A stretch of DNA of 64,000 nucleotides from Bacillota bacterium (GCA_023454275.1 JAEYGM010000048.1:179283-243282); one strand, 5' to 3'; counted from the first letter of the stretch, positions 30,267-41,722 are shown. Numbers and translations are program-made. Notes: a model not told the origin generated them from the letters alone.

Positions 30267-30629
30267 TTTTCCGCAATTGATCGGTACAGAATCCTGAGGT
30301 CTTGCTTTTTAAAAGAAGCAAGACCTTTAAAGTTTAAAGCTTTATACTGCCAGACCTATGGCATCGGTCTCGTCAGGAATTGAAACATCTAGCCTTACTT
30401 TATAATACTGAGAAAACTTATGAGAACAAAAACAAATTCCAATTTTTTAATAAATATTATATAAAATATTCGAATTAAGCCTAAAAGCGTACTTTATAAA
30501 ATCGTATAGAGTGATACAATATGTAATATAGAGCTCTACGAACGATAGATATTGTAACGGCATTTGAAATACGTGAGGAATATTTATAGTATAATTTAAA
30601 AGAGTGAAACTTTAAGGAGGGATATCTGA

Positions 30630-31250
30630 TTGCTTTATGTATATATAGGATGCTTGACATTTAGTGTGCTTTACTCAATTGTATCCTTTTTGTTTGATGC
30701 TCACGGATTTGACCATGGCGGCAATGCGGGCGTTGATTTTTCTAATGGGCATGGAGGCGGAAATTCCGCCGATGCACCCTCTCCGTTTAGTCCGCTTGTG
30801 ATTGCCAGTGCAATAACTGTTTTTGGGGCGGTAGGAATTATTACAAAGTTGGGGTTTGGAATTGCCGATATAATAAGCTTGATTTTAGCATTGGCTTTTG
30901 CAGGGGTTATAGGTGTAATAATCTTTTTCGGAATAGTAAAATTTATGTACAGTTCCCAGTCAAATTCGGCTTTTTTCCAGGAGGACCTGGTCGGTGCGGA
31001 AGCGAGAGTAATAACTCCGATACCCCAGGACGGAATGGGGGAGATATCTTATGTTATCAACGGTATGAGGCATAATATGGCTGCGAGGTCCGAAAATAAC
31101 CAGTTTATCGGAATGGGGGAGATTGTAAAGATCAGAGAAGTTAGCAACAATACGGCTTTAGTTTTAAGAAAGCTGACGGTCGACGACTTGGACATATCCG
31201 GCTATGAAGAGAAAAAGCTAAAAAAATATGAAGATATGGGGAATGAGTAA
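30630..31250 (+). CDS. NfeD-family membrane protein (OB-fold C-terminus), flotillin partner
   Basis: TTG start 8 nt after AAGGAGGG; TM helices then soluble beta-rich C-terminus; immediately upstream of flotillin. Confidence 0.7.
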   Translation: MLYVYIGCLTFSVLYSIVSFLFDAHGFDHGGNAGVDFSNGHGGGNSADAPSPFSPLVIASAITVFGAVGIITKLGFGIADIISLILALAFAGVIGVIIFFGIVKFMYSSQSNSAFFQEDLVGAEARVITPIPQDGMGEISYVINGMRHNMAARSENNQFIGMGEIVKIREVSNNTALVLRKLTVDDLDISGYEEKKLKKYEDMGNE

Positions 31251-31280
31251 TTATAACTAATAAAGGGAGGGCATTTTAAT

Positions 31281-32720
31281 ATGTCAGGTGTGAGTGCAAA
31301 CGTGGGTATTGCTGTTTTAGTAGGTGTTTTTGCGGTAATTTTATTGTTTATACTGATAGCGGTGTTTGTGAGCAGGTATGTGAAGGTTGGACCCGATGAA
31401 GCTTTAATAGTTTCCGGACGCAAGAAGAGGCTGCCAAACGGTCAGGTAGTAGGCTTCAGGATAGTCAGGGGAGGAGCGACGTTTGTCTGGCCCATATTTG
31501 AAATTGCAAAGACAATATCCTTAAGGATAATGCCTTTGGACGTCAATTCAAGCGCTTATACTTCGCAGGGGGTACAGGTTAGCGTAGATGGCATTGCACA
31601 GGTGAAAATAGATTCAAGTCAGGAAGCTATAGCTACTGCCGCCGAGCAATTTTTAAGCCTTAAAGAGGAAGAAATTAAACGTATTGCCACACAGACGCTG
31701 GAAGGTCATTTAAGGTCTATAGTCGGGAATCTTACTGTTGAGGAAATCAACCAGAACAGGGATGCTTTTGCGCAGAAGGTACAGGAGCTTGCAGCCGCCG
31801 ATTTGGCCAATATGGGGCTCCGTATCATATCCTTTACTATTAGAGAGATTTCCGATAAGAACGGATACCTGGAAAGCTTGGGCAAGGCGCAGATAGCAAG
31901 GGTGCAAAGGGATGCTGTAATAGGTCAGGCTGAGGCGAAGAGAGATGCGGACATTAAGAGCGCCGAGGCTATGCAGGCAGGACAGACAGCAAAGTTCCTC
32001 GCTGAGACTAAGGTTGCTGAGTCCAGCAGGGATAAGGAAATTAAGGTTGCTGAATACCAGTCCTCTATAAATGAGAGAAAGGCTGAGGCAGACCTTTCAT
32101 ATGACAAGAAGAAATACGTCGTTGAGCAGGATGTTCAAAGAGAAGCCCTGCAGGTTGAAATCGTAAAGAAACAAAAAGAAATTGAGATTCAGGAGCAGGA
32201 AGCTTTAAGGAAAGAGAAAGAGCTTGAGGCTACTGTAAAAAAACCGGCTGAAGCCGACAAATTTAAAACCGAAGTTCAGGCCGAAGCCGATAGAATAAAA
32301 AAATTGAAAGAGGCAGAGGGCCAATCTTACGCAATAAAAGCAGAAGGCTTGGCAAAGGCTGAGGCAATAAAGGCGGCCGGTTTGGCCGAAGCGGAAATCA
32401 TAAGGGCAAAGGGTGAAGCGGAGGCTATGGCTATGGCTAAAAAAGCTGAAGCATATAAGCAGTTTAACGACGCTGCTATGGCCCAGATGGTTATTGAGAA
32501 GCTCCCCGAAATTGCGGCGGCTATTGCACAGCCTTTGTCGAGAACGGAAAAGATTGTTATGATAGGAGATTCGGGGGCGTCAAAAATTACAAAAGATATT
32601 ACAAATATTATGGCGCAGCTGCCTGAAACCGTTAAGGGACTTACCGGAGTAGACGTCACAGACATTTTGAGAAATTATGCCGACAGCGGTAATAAAATAG
32701 AAGGCGGCAGTAAGGAATAG
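31281..32720 (+). CDS. flotillin-like SPFH/band-7 protein (FloT/YuaG-type) with A/E/K-rich coiled-coil repeats
   Basis: N-terminal TM + SPFH domain then EA-repeat coiled coil; NfeD-flotillin operon arrangement. Confidence 0.85.
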   Translation: MSGVSANVGIAVLVGVFAVILLFILIAVFVSRYVKVGPDEALIVSGRKKRLPNGQVVGFRIVRGGATFVWPIFEIAKTISLRIMPLDVNSSAYTSQGVQVSVDGIAQVKIDSSQEAIATAAEQFLSLKEEEIKRIATQTLEGHLRSIVGNLTVEEINQNRDAFAQKVQELAAADLANMGLRIISFTIREISDKNGYLESLGKAQIARVQRDAVIGQAEAKRDADIKSAEAMQAGQTAKFLAETKVAESSRDKEIKVAEYQSSINERKAEADLSYDKKKYVVEQDVQREALQVEIVKKQKEIEIQEQEALRKEKELEATVKKPAEADKFKTEVQAEADRIKKLKEAEGQSYAIKAEGLAKAEAIKAAGLAEAEIIRAKGEAEAMAMAKKAEAYKQFNDAAMAQMVIEKLPEIAAAIAQPLSRTEKIVMIGDSGASKITKDITNIMAQLPETVKGLTGVDVTDILRNYADSGNKIEGGSKE

Positions 32721-32921
32721 CATAGTTTACTCCCGGTACATTTTTTAAAAAGCGGACAAGCAGAAAAATGAGGTAGAAATACCCTCTTTTTCTGACAATT
32801 GTCTGCTTTTTTATTCTTAAAAATTAAATAGGTATGTTTTTTAGCCGAAATATAGTATAATAAAGAAAAAAATGTTCGGAGTTTACATACAGGCAGTCTG
32901 TGTTGGGAGGAGTGACCTTAA

Positions 32922-33326
32922 ATGGGGGCGAAAAATAAGGTTGATGTCAGGATAGCGGGCAAAGACTACACCTTGGTCGGCACTGAATCTGATGAGTACA
33001 TACAGAAGGTTGGTCTCTATATAGACAAAAAGATGAATGAGATATTAAAAGCTAATAGCAGGCTGAGCACTTCAATGGCGGCGGTTCTAACGGCTGTAAA
33101 CGTGGCGGATGACTATTTTAAGGCACACGATAATGAGTCGGGCTTGAAAAGGGAGCTTAAAAAAGCGCAGGAAGAAATTGAGAGGCTAAGAGAATTAAAT
33201 AAAATAATCTCAAATGAAAATGCCCTTTTAAACAATAAAAATACCAATCTCCAGCTTGAACTGGCCAAAAGGGAGGCAGAGCTCGGAGAGGTGAGAAATT
33301 CGCTGGATAAGGTGAGGTATCGATAA
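32922..33326 (+). CDS. zapA: cell division protein ZapA
   Basis: VDVRIAGKDYTLVGTESDEYIQKVGLYIDKKMNEI… ZapA signature then coiled coil. Confidence 0.75.
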   Translation: MGAKNKVDVRIAGKDYTLVGTESDEYIQKVGLYIDKKMNEILKANSRLSTSMAAVLTAVNVADDYFKAHDNESGLKRELKKAQEEIERLRELNKIISNENALLNNKNTNLQLELAKREAELGEVRNSLDKVRYR

Positions 33327-33363
33327 TTTCCGCAAAAAGCGAAAGGTGGGCTTGGGTTAAATT

Positions 33364-33792
33364 ATGAACGGATATATCAAATGGAGTGATCTTGCGTTAG
33401 CTGTGATTACGCTGGCAGTTTCTGTTTCCAGTGTTTACGTTATTTTATTAGTCAGAAATTTAAATGGTAGCATAAAGATTTTAAGAAGCATATTACAAGA
33501 AAACAAGGACGGCATAGACAAGACAATAAAGGATATGCCTGTGATAACCCGGAATGTCTCTGAGATAACCGATACTGCCAAGAATGAATTGAAAGCTGTT
33601 GAGTCGGTGCTCCATAGCATGGGCGAAACCGCCGAGCTCACTGCTGCGACTGCTGAGACGGTAAAAGGGGATATAATAGGAAGATTAAAGAGCATACTTG
33701 ATATAATTGATTTTATAAAAAGGCTGATTTTTAAAGATAAAAAGGCAGATGGTTTAAAACCGGAGAATTTAAAAAAGGAAGATTCCGTTTAA
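33364..33792 (+). CDS. DUF948-like membrane protein
   Basis: N-terminal TM then helical domain; co-directional with zapA. Confidence 0.5.
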   Translation: MNGYIKWSDLALAVITLAVSVSSVYVILLVRNLNGSIKILRSILQENKDGIDKTIKDMPVITRNVSEITDTAKNELKAVESVLHSMGETAELTAATAETVKGDIIGRLKSILDIIDFIKRLIFKDKKADGLKPENLKKEDSV

Positions 33793-33962
33793 TCTGTTTT
33801 TTAAGTTTATTCGGAATTTCAAAGAAGGATTCACCATTCATTTAAAAATCCGGCATTATGGCAAATGGCTTTTATGTCGCATTTTTAAAACAGTATAAAA
33901 GAGTCTTTTTTATAGGGAACGGAAACACGGATTACATAAAATGGTGGATTAAGGCGACGATA

Positions 33963-34844
33963 ATGAAAATGATATTTGTGTTTATAGACGGCTTCGGAAT
34001 AGGCGGGGATAACAGCTCAAAAAACCCGTTTAAGGTCGCAAATACTCCAAATCTTGATTATATATCCGATAAATATACGGTTATACCTACCGACGCTTCC
34101 ATGGGCATACCGGGACTTCCTCAAAGCGCAACAGGACAGACTGCCATATTTACAGGTGTTAATGCTGCAGCGGTTCTTGGAAGGCATTTAAGCGGACAGC
34201 CCACGATTTCACTTAAAAAAGTCATATACAGAAATAATCTTTTTAAAGAGTTGATAAATAAAGGGTTTACAGTGACTAATTCAAACGTATACAGGGAAGA
34301 ATACTTAAATAAAATGCTCGACCCCAAGGACAGAAGAAGCCGCCCTTCGGTGACTTCCGTGATGTCTGTTTCCTGCGGCCTAAGCTTTAGAAGGGTTGAA
34401 GACTACAACAGGGGAGACGGCATTTATCATGATATTACCGGAAAGATACTTCTGGAAAGCGGCTATGATGTTAAATTAATCTCACCTGAGGATGCGGCGG
34501 AGAGACTTTATTCAATAAGCAGGGATTATGATTTTACTCTTTTTGAGCATTTTATGAGCGATATAATAGGACATAAGATGGATATGAGGGCTGCGGTTGA
34601 GGAAATCGAACTGCTGGACGCTTTTATCGGGGGGATTTTAAAGCAGCTGGACCATGATAGGGATATATTATTTATTACAAGTGATCACGGAAATATTGAG
34701 GACGTAAGTGTAGGGACACATACGTTTAACAAGGTTCCCACAGTGATAGCGGGCAAGATGACAGAAGGGGCTTTATCGGAGATTAAGTCCATTACTGATA
34801 TAACACCTGTGATCTTAAAGATATTTGACGCAAGAGGGAAATAA
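33963..34844 (+). CDS. alkaline-phosphatase-superfamily metalloenzyme (cofactor-independent phosphoglycerate mutase / phosphopentomutase-like)
   Basis: MKMIFVFIDGFGIG metal-binding N-terminus, …ITSDHGN… motif; start re-set to ATG 33963 rather than the ORF-track extension. Confidence 0.6.
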   Translation: MKMIFVFIDGFGIGGDNSSKNPFKVANTPNLDYISDKYTVIPTDASMGIPGLPQSATGQTAIFTGVNAAAVLGRHLSGQPTISLKKVIYRNNLFKELINKGFTVTNSNVYREEYLNKMLDPKDRRSRPSVTSVMSVSCGLSFRRVEDYNRGDGIYHDITGKILLESGYDVKLISPEDAAERLYSISRDYDFTLFEHFMSDIIGHKMDMRAAVEEIELLDAFIGGILKQLDHDRDILFITSDHGNIEDVSVGTHTFNKVPTVIAGKMTEGALSEIKSITDITPVILKIFDARGK

Positions 34845-37360
34845 TGGGCAAAAAAGTAGAACTGCTGGCGCCTGCCGGAGATATGGATTCTTTTACTGCG
34901 GCTGTCGAAAACGGTGCGGATGCGGTTTATCTGGGCAGCAAGCAATTTAATGCCAGACGGTACGCCGGAAATTTTGATCAGGAAGGACTGAAGAGAGCTC
35001 TTTATTATGCTCATATAAGAGATGTGAGGGTATACCTTGCCGTAAATACTCTCATGCTTGACAGTGAGCTTTATGAAGGGCTTAAATTAGCTGAGGAAGC
35101 ATATGTCACGGGGGTGGACGGTTTTATAGTCCAGGATTTGGGCTTTTCGGGATTGCTAAAAAGAGCACTGCCCGAGGCTGACCTGCATGCGAGCACTCAG
35201 ATGACTGTTTATAATCTTGAGGGTGTAAAAGCTTTGGAAAGACTGGGCTTCAGAAGGGCAGTGCTTGCAAGGGAGCTTTCAATCGAAGAGATAAGGTATA
35301 TTTCCGGGAATACGGCAGTTGAGATTGAAATCTTTGTTCACGGCGCTTTATGTATTTGTTATTCGGGGCAGTGCCTGATGAGCAGCATAATAGGGGGAAG
35401 GAGCGGCAACCGGGGCAAATGCGCTCAGCCCTGCAGGCTTCCCTATGAGATTGTTTCCGCCGGCTCAGAGGACGGGGGAAAGGCCGGGAAGAGCTACATT
35501 ATGAGTCCAAAAGACCTGTGCGCGGTCCCTGTGCTGAAAAATCTTGTCGATTCAGGCGTAAAGTCCCTGAAAATAGAGGGAAGGATGAAGAGCCCGGAAT
35601 ATGTGGCGACTGTGGTAAAGGTATATAGAAAATACATAGACAGTCTATATGAAGATAGAGGCATGCCACAAGGAGAGAAAGCAATATCGGATGAAGATTT
35701 CAAGGAACTTTTACAGGTATTCAACAGGGGAGGCTTTTCAACCGGCTATTTAACGGGAAAGACAGGAAAGGATATGATGTGCTTTGAAAAACCTAAAAAT
35801 TGGGGTGTTTACGTTGGCAGGGCGATATTTTACGACAAGGCAAAAAAGGCAGTTAAGTTAAAACTTGAAGATCAACTGGGTATAGGCGACGGAATAGAGG
35901 TCTGGAATGGTGAGGCTGAGAGCCCCGGAACGGTTGTAAGCTGGATAGAGTCAGGAGGAAAAGGCGTTGATCGGGCTGAAAAGGGCTCGGAAGTGCTGGC
36001 CGGAAATATTAAAGGAAATATAAATAAAGGCGATAAGGTGTATAGAACATCGAGCAAGACTTTAAATACAGCTGCAAAGGAAACCTACACGGGAAAATGT
36101 AAAACAAGAGTACCGTTGAAATGCAAGATGACCATTAAAAGCGGCAGCCCGGTTTCTTTTTTTGTTGAAGACAATAGGGGAAATAAAGCCGGCATCACGG
36201 CAGGGTATATTCCGGAGGAGGCTGTAAGAAGGCCTATAACAGATGAGCGGGTGATTGAGCAGGTGTCTAAAACGGGAGACACACCGTTCGTTTTTTCAAA
36301 AGTAGATGCTGAAATCGATGGCGGTTTATCTGTACCTGTAAGCGTAATTAATGATTTGAGGCGTAAGGCGCTAGAAGAAATAGCAGACAAGAGGGCTTAC
36401 GCACGGAACAGGATAATATCGAATAATATCGGAGAAATTAAAAAAAGCTTGTTGCATTTCCCGGGAAATGGTCGAAACAGAAAAAAAAATATGGGGATTT
36501 CCGTCCTCTTTTATAACTGGAATGAAAAATTTGATTCTGAGATTTTAAAAGAAGCGTACAGGCTTTATCTGCCTTTTGAAATTTTTATGAATAAAAAGAA
36601 TTTTAAATTAATTTCAGAATATCGTGGAGAAGGCTGTGAAATTTTTGTCTGGCTGCCTGCTGTGACACGCGGTAATTACGACGGCTTGATAAAATCTCAT
36701 TCAAGGTTGCTTGCAGAAGCGGAAATAGACGGTATTTTGCTGGGAAACCTGGGACTTATTGAAGAGTTTAAAGGCAAATATCCGCGGAGAAAGATGACAG
36801 GTGACTATTCACTTAATATGTTCAACAGCTTTTCAATTGAACAACTGAGAGATTTGGGACTGGATGGGGTGACATTGTCAGCCGAGTTGAACTTAAGCCA
36901 GATTAATTCGTTGAGGGATATTGAGGGCTTATGTAAGGAGGTCATTGTCTATGGCCGGATTCCCGTAATGATAAGCGAGTACTGTCCGGTAGGAAGCGTT
37001 AAAGGGGGCTTTGGAGCAGACGGGAGGTGCGACGGAGCCTGCAGGAGAGGGAATTATATGCTTAAGGACAGAAAAGGGGCGAAATTTCCGGTTATACCTG
37101 ATAAGATTGACTGCAGGAGTATAATTTTAAATTCCAGCGTGTTGTTTGTTCCGGGAGACTTGGATAAAATAGCCGGGGCGGGAATAGACACGGTACGGAT
37201 GAATATTACTGATGAAAGCCCGGAAAAGGTTAAACAGTTGCTGGGAATGCACAGGGATATAATTGAAAACGGGCAGGACAGAATTAAAAGTTATGATAAT
37301 TTAATTGAGGATGTAAAGATGGCGGGATTTACAAAGGGACACTATTTCAGGGGCGTATAA
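34844..37360 (+). CDS. peptidase U32 family protein with two tandem U32 domains (838 aa)
   Basis: N-terminal LLAPAGDMDSFTAAVENGADAVYLG U32 signature and CxxC Cys clusters; second U32-like half from about residue 540. Confidence 0.8.
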   Translation: MGKKVELLAPAGDMDSFTAAVENGADAVYLGSKQFNARRYAGNFDQEGLKRALYYAHIRDVRVYLAVNTLMLDSELYEGLKLAEEAYVTGVDGFIVQDLGFSGLLKRALPEADLHASTQMTVYNLEGVKALERLGFRRAVLARELSIEEIRYISGNTAVEIEIFVHGALCICYSGQCLMSSIIGGRSGNRGKCAQPCRLPYEIVSAGSEDGGKAGKSYIMSPKDLCAVPVLKNLVDSGVKSLKIEGRMKSPEYVATVVKVYRKYIDSLYEDRGMPQGEKAISDEDFKELLQVFNRGGFSTGYLTGKTGKDMMCFEKPKNWGVYVGRAIFYDKAKKAVKLKLEDQLGIGDGIEVWNGEAESPGTVVSWIESGGKGVDRAEKGSEVLAGNIKGNINKGDKVYRTSSKTLNTAAKETYTGKCKTRVPLKCKMTIKSGSPVSFFVEDNRGNKAGITAGYIPEEAVRRPITDERVIEQVSKTGDTPFVFSKVDAEIDGGLSVPVSVINDLRRKALEEIADKRAYARNRIISNNIGEIKKSLLHFPGNGRNRKKNMGISVLFYNWNEKFDSEILKEAYRLYLPFEIFMNKKNFKLISEYRGEGCEIFVWLPAVTRGNYDGLIKSHSRLLAEAEIDGILLGNLGLIEEFKGKYPRRKMTGDYSLNMFNSFSIEQLRDLGLDGVTLSAELNLSQINSLRDIEGLCKEVIVYGRIPVMISEYCPVGSVKGGFGADGRCDGACRRGNYMLKDRKGAKFPVIPDKIDCRSIILNSSVLFVPGDLDKIAGAGIDTVRMNITDESPEKVKQLLGMHRDIIENGQDRIKSYDNLIEDVKMAGFTKGHYFRGV

Positions 37361-37416
37361 TGGCGTATAATTGTGTAGCATTTCCCGGGAAATAGTCGAA
37401 ATAAAGGGGGATTGGA

Positions 37417-37920
37417 ATGTCTGATAAAAATGTAGAGGTGCTGGTGGAAATATGCAGAAAGGGAGCGGTTTTACCTTCTTATGCCAGGCCGGGAGATGCC
37501 GGCATGGATGTTTGTGCTGCTGAGGAGATTACGATAAGGCCGGGAGAAACCGTCATTGTGCCGACAGGACTGAAGCTTGCTGTTCCTGAAGGATATGAAA
37601 TACAGGTAAGACCAAGGAGCGGTATTTCATATAAAACTCCTTTAAGGCTGTCGAATTCTCCGGGTACTATCGACAGCGGATACAGGGGTGAGCTGGGGAT
37701 AATTATGACTAATACGTCAGCCGGATGCGAAAGGGAGGAAAGAATTTTCGGGGTGGACAGCGATGGAAATAAAAAAGGGATTTATAAAATCAAAAAAGGT
37801 GACAGAATTGCACAGATAGTCCTGCAGGCTGTCCCCAAAATAGTATTTTCGGTAGTGGATTCGGTAAGCGATATAGGGAAAGACAGGGGAGGAGGCTTTG
37901 GGTCAACCGGAATAAAATGA
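37417..37920 (+). CDS. dut: dUTP diphosphatase (trimeric dUTPase) with an internal insertion
   Basis: dUTPase motifs RPGDAGMD, RSGIS, IDSGYRGELGII, GDRIAQIVL; about 20-aa insertion before motif IV. Confidence 0.85.
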   Translation: MSDKNVEVLVEICRKGAVLPSYARPGDAGMDVCAAEEITIRPGETVIVPTGLKLAVPEGYEIQVRPRSGISYKTPLRLSNSPGTIDSGYRGELGIIMTNTSAGCEREERIFGVDSDGNKKGIYKIKKGDRIAQIVLQAVPKIVFSVVDSVSDIGKDRGGGFGSTGIK

Positions 37921-38006
37921 AACATAAAATAAGTTCGGGCAGTATGCTGTAACTGCTGAACAAGATGAATTGATGCACAAAATAAAGGCTTGATGTTCAA
38001 ACCGCA

Positions 38007-38029
38007 TTCCCCGGCTATAACTGCCGGGG
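38007..38029. terminator. bidirectional hairpin (CCCCGGC-tataact-GCCGGGG) between convergent dut and oxidoreductase genes
   Basis: inverted repeat seen directly. Confidence 0.45.
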
Positions 38030-38064
38030 AGCACTCCAGAACAGTCTACAGGCTCATTGGCGGC

Positions 38065-39057
38065 TTAGTCCAAATTCTGTTTGCCGAATTTACCGGCCGA
38101 ATTCAGTGCGCCTATCATGACCTTCAAATCCTTATAGGATTCGCCAAATGTGGCTACCACCCTTTTGCCTTCTCTTATGGCCCGGTAAAAATCTTCAAAT
38201 TCGGCTTGATATCCGCAGCAGCTTTCAATATTCTCAACAATGTCGTCGGTTTTTTCCTTTTTTATCGTAATTTCGTTTCCTTCGACTGTTATACTGCCCT
38301 CCGAGCCCAGTATCAGAAGCCTTCTTTCGTGATAGCCGTTGGAGCTGTGGTAAAAATTAAATACGCCGTTGACATCGCTTTGGGTGTTGAATAGAAAGCT
38401 CATAGAATCCAATTCGCCTATTGAATGATTTATGCTTTTAGTGCAGGAAATACCTGAGGTTATTTCTCCGAACAGATCCCGCAGGACTGCTATATTATGT
38501 ATACCACCGTCGGTAATAAAACCTCCGGGATATTTATGGTCTATCCTCCACTTGGTAAGGGCATACTTGCTGTCCGGCTCAAGATAGCTGTAGCAGTTCC
38601 AGAAAACAGAATAAGGCTTTCCTATTTTTCCGTCACTTATATACTCCTTCAATTTGACAAAAACAGGGTCATAGCGGTAGTTTTCCGCCACCATCATGAC
38701 TTTATGGTATTTAGTCTCAAATGACAACATGGCACTGGCTTCCTCCATATTTGCGGCAAGGGGCTTTTCAACAATAACATGCTTTCCTGCCTCCAGTGAG
38801 TCTTTTGTTACCTCAAAGTTCAAATGTATGGGAAGTACAATATCAACAGCCTCAATTTCAGTATTATTTAAAATATCTTTATAGTCGGTGACATAAGGTA
38901 CATTTCCAACCATTTGCGAGAACTCTTTTGCTTTTGGTACGGTATGATTGCAGACGGATATGACTTCGAATTTATCGTCCAGTTTTCTGATAGCAGGCCA
39001 ATGCAGTTCTCTTGCCGCAATTCCGCAGCCTATTATACCTAGTTTTACGGGCTTCAT
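38065..39057 (-). CDS. Gfo/Idh/MocA-family NAD(P)-dependent oxidoreductase
   Basis: MKPVKLGIIGCGIAAR Rossmann start with AGGAGG RBS; ORF-track N-terminal extension rejected. Confidence 0.8.
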   Translation of the reverse strand: MKPVKLGIIGCGIAARELHWPAIRKLDDKFEVISVCNHTVPKAKEFSQMVGNVPYVTDYKDILNNTEIEAVDIVLPIHLNFEVTKDSLEAGKHVIVEKPLAANMEEASAMLSFETKYHKVMMVAENYRYDPVFVKLKEYISDGKIGKPYSVFWNCYSYLEPDSKYALTKWRIDHKYPGGFITDGGIHNIAVLRDLFGEITSGISCTKSINHSIGELDSMSFLFNTQSDVNGVFNFYHSSNGYHERRLLILGSEGSITVEGNEITIKKEKTDDIVENIESCCGYQAEFEDFYRAIREGKRVVATFGESYKDLKVMIGALNSAGKFGKQNLD

Positions 39058-39326
39058 TGATAATCCTCCTTTTTTATATACAAGAAATTTTGATATCTTA
39101 ATATGAAATTGCTTTAACAAGCAAATAAAGTTATAATATAAATATATCATATTATTGTGTATTGATAATGAAAACCTTGGGCTGAAATCTTAAAAAATTT
39201 TGCCTTTATTATTATCATTTTTTTATATTTGACGATAATTCTAATATCTTCTATGGATACTTACCAGAAAGTGTTGTAAACCTATCCGGAATATATTACT
39301 ATATTTTTTGTGGGAGATGGTCTAAA

Positions 39327-40607
39327 ATGAACAAGGCGGAAATTATTGCATTACTTCTTGCAGGAGGTCAGGGGAGCAGACTTGGAGTACTGACAAAGAA
39401 CGTAGCCAAACCGGCAGTATTGTATGGAGGAAAATACAGGATAATTGATTTTACTTTAAGCAATTGTGTAAATTCAGGAATTGAAACAGTTGGGGTTCTG
39501 ACACAATACCAGCCTCTGGAGCTCAATGCCCATATCGGCATTGGCAAACCGTGGGATCTGGACAGAATGAACGGAGGAGTGACGATTCTTTCGCCGTTTG
39601 TGAAAGAAGAGGTGGGAGAGTGGTATAAGGGTACGGCAAATGCAGTTTATCAAAATATTCATTTTGTAGACAAAATTTCACCTGAGTATGTAATTATCCT
39701 TTCAGGCGACCATATTTATAAGATGGATTATTCTCTGATGCTGGACTTCCACAAAAAGAACAAGGCTGAAGCGACTATATCGGTTATTAACGTGCCTTTA
39801 GGGGAAGCCCACAGGTATGGGATAATGCTTACAGATGAAAGCGGAAGGATTGTTGACTTTGAAGAAAAGCCCAGTAACCCTAAAAGTACTCTGGCCTCAA
39901 TGGGGATCTACATATTTACCTGGGATGTCCTTAAGGAATACTTGATAAAAGACAATGAGAACAGTGAGTCTGAGCACGACTTCGGCAAAAATGTAATTCC
40001 TGCAATGCTAAAGGACGGGAGAAGCTTGTGCGGATACCAGTATAATGGTTACTGGAAGGATGTCGGGACAATAGAAGCCTTTTGGGAATCAAATATGGAC
40101 CTTATCAAGAGGGTGCCTGAATTTAATCTGTTCGATCCTGTCTGGAGGATTTACACGCCTAATCCCATAAAGCCTGCTCATTATATCGGGCCTTGCGGGA
40201 ATATCAAGACTTCTATAGTATCGGAGGGTTGTATGGTTTACGGTAAAATACGCAATTCAATAATATTTCCGGGGGTCTTTGTTGACGATGATGCGGTTAT
40301 TGAGGATTCTATAATCATGACCAACTGCAAAATAGGCTCTAATTCATATATTAATAAAAGTATTGTCGGTGAGAACGTTGTTATCGGAAACGATGTAAGA
40401 ATAGGGGTTGGTGAAGCAATACCGAATGAATTTAAGCCCGGCATTTATTATTCAGGGATTACGGTTGTGGGAGAAGGCGCTTTTGTACCTGACAATGCCG
40501 AAATCGGTAAAAATGTGGTTATTGACAGGTACGCAATGCATGAAGATTTTTGTTCATTACAGGTTCCGTCAGGGAAAAGTGTGTTTAAAGGTGGTGTGTG
40601 TGAGTGA
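39327..40607 (+). CDS. glgC: glucose-1-phosphate adenylyltransferase
   Basis: [22 protein letters not shown]…YRIIDF nucleotidyltransferase motif, left-handed beta-helix C-terminus; followed by glgD. Confidence 0.9.
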   Translation: MNKAEIIALLLAGGQGSRLGVLTKNVAKPAVLYGGKYRIIDFTLSNCVNSGIETVGVLTQYQPLELNAHIGIGKPWDLDRMNGGVTILSPFVKEEVGEWYKGTANAVYQNIHFVDKISPEYVIILSGDHIYKMDYSLMLDFHKKNKAEATISVINVPLGEAHRYGIMLTDESGRIVDFEEKPSNPKSTLASMGIYIFTWDVLKEYLIKDNENSESEHDFGKNVIPAMLKDGRSLCGYQYNGYWKDVGTIEAFWESNMDLIKRVPEFNLFDPVWRIYTPNPIKPAHYIGPCGNIKTSIVSEGCMVYGKIRNSIIFPGVFVDDDAVIEDSIIMTNCKIGSNSYINKSIVGENVVIGNDVRIGVGEAIPNEFKPGIYYSGITVVGEGAFVPDNAEIGKNVVIDRYAMHEDFCSLQVPSGKSVFKGGVCE

Positions 40608-41722
40608 AAAATGCTATGGGCATCATTCTTACAGGCGGTAACAACAACAGATTAAAGGAGCTGTCCTCGATCAGGTCTACGGCAGCTATTCCGGTAGGAG
40701 GAAAATACAGAGCTATTGATTTCGTTTTATCCAATATGGTTAATTCCGGTATTACAAATATAGGTGTTCTAACCCAGTATAATTTCCGTTCCCTTATGGA
40801 TCATCTGGGATCCGGCAAGGAGTGGGACCTGGACAGGAAAAACGACGGGTTGTTCATATTTCCTCCGTATCTTTCGGACAGCTCTGAATGGTACAGAGGA
40901 ACTGCCGATGCCATGTACAGCAATCTGACCTATCTGAGACGGAGCACAAAGGAATATGTAATTGTTTCGGTAGGTAATTGCGTCTATAAGATGAATTATA
41001 ATGATATGCTGGAGTACCATAAAAGTAAAAATGCCGATATAACAATTGCTTACAGGGATATGAGCGATTTTTATATTGAGGATCTTACGTCTTTGGGGAT
41101 TCTGGAGGTTGATGAGAGCGGAAGAGTCAAGGATTTTGAGGAAAAGCCGTCAAGACCTAAAGGAAAATTGGCATCAATAGGTATTTACATTCTTAAAAAA
41201 GAGCTCCTGATTTGTCTGCTGGAGGAATGTATAGCACACGGAAATTACGATTTTGTAAAGGATGTTTTAATAAAAAAGATTGGGGTATTGAATATTTACG
41301 GCTATAAGTTTGACAGCTACTGGAGGAATCTAAGTTCGATTCAGATGTATTACAGGTGCAACATGGAGCTCCTGGATCCTGATGTATGCTGCCAGTTGTT
41401 TTTAAACGGGGGTAAAATTTACACAAAGGTTAAAGACGAGGCGCCTGCCAAGTACAACGACGAAGCCGAGGTCAAAAATTCTATTGTGGCTGACGGTTGT
41501 ATTATTGAAGGATATGTTGAAAACAGCGTCCTCTTTAGAGGTGTTACTATAAAAAAAGGTGCGGTTGTGAAGGATAGTATAATTATGCAGGGATCAGTCG
41601 TGGGCGAAAATGCTTCTTTGCAATATGTAATATTTGATAAGAATGTGGAGATAACTGAGGGTAAACAGTTAAAGGGAGATCCGGACTGGCCCGTTATAGT
41701 AGGCAGAAAAGTGAGGGTTTAA
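40604..41722 (+). CDS. glgD: glucose-1-phosphate adenylyltransferase regulatory subunit GlgD
   Basis: paralogous to GlgC with degenerate G-rich loop ([13 protein letters not shown]); start overlaps glgC stop. Confidence 0.85.
   Translation: MKNAMGIILTGGNNNRLKELSSIRSTAAIPVGGKYRAIDFVLSNMVNSGITNIGVLTQYNFRSLMDHLGSGKEWDLDRKNDGLFIFPPYLSDSSEWYRGTADAMYSNLTYLRRSTKEYVIVSVGNCVYKMNYNDMLEYHKSKNADITIAYRDMSDFYIEDLTSLGILEVDESGRVKDFEEKPSRPKGKLASIGIYILKKELLICLLEECIAHGNYDFVKDVLIKKIGVLNIYGYKFDSYWRNLSSIQMYYRCNMELLDPDVCCQLFLNGGKIYTKVKDEAPAKYNDEAEVKNSIVADGCIIEGYVENSVLFRGVTIKKGAVVKDSIIMQGSVVGENASLQYVIFDKNVEITEGKQLKGDPDWPVIVGRKVRV

Noticed and set aside
32721-32921. Possible terminator after the flotillin gene around the palindrome GACAATTGTC
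   Set aside because: The palindrome has no loop and the alternative stem is only 6 bp with a 36-nt loop. It is not convincing as an intrinsic terminator.
33858-33962. Upstream extension of the metalloenzyme ORF (MANGFYVAFLKQY…)
   Set aside because: The conserved metal-binding N-terminus begins at MKMIFVFIDGFG with its own RBS. The extension lacks coding character.
39058-39150. N-terminal 31-aa extension of the Gfo/Idh/MocA ORF (MIYLYYNFICLL…)
   Set aside because: The Rossmann motif starts at MKPVKLGIIGCG directly behind an AGGAGG RBS. The extension is AT-rich promoter sequence.
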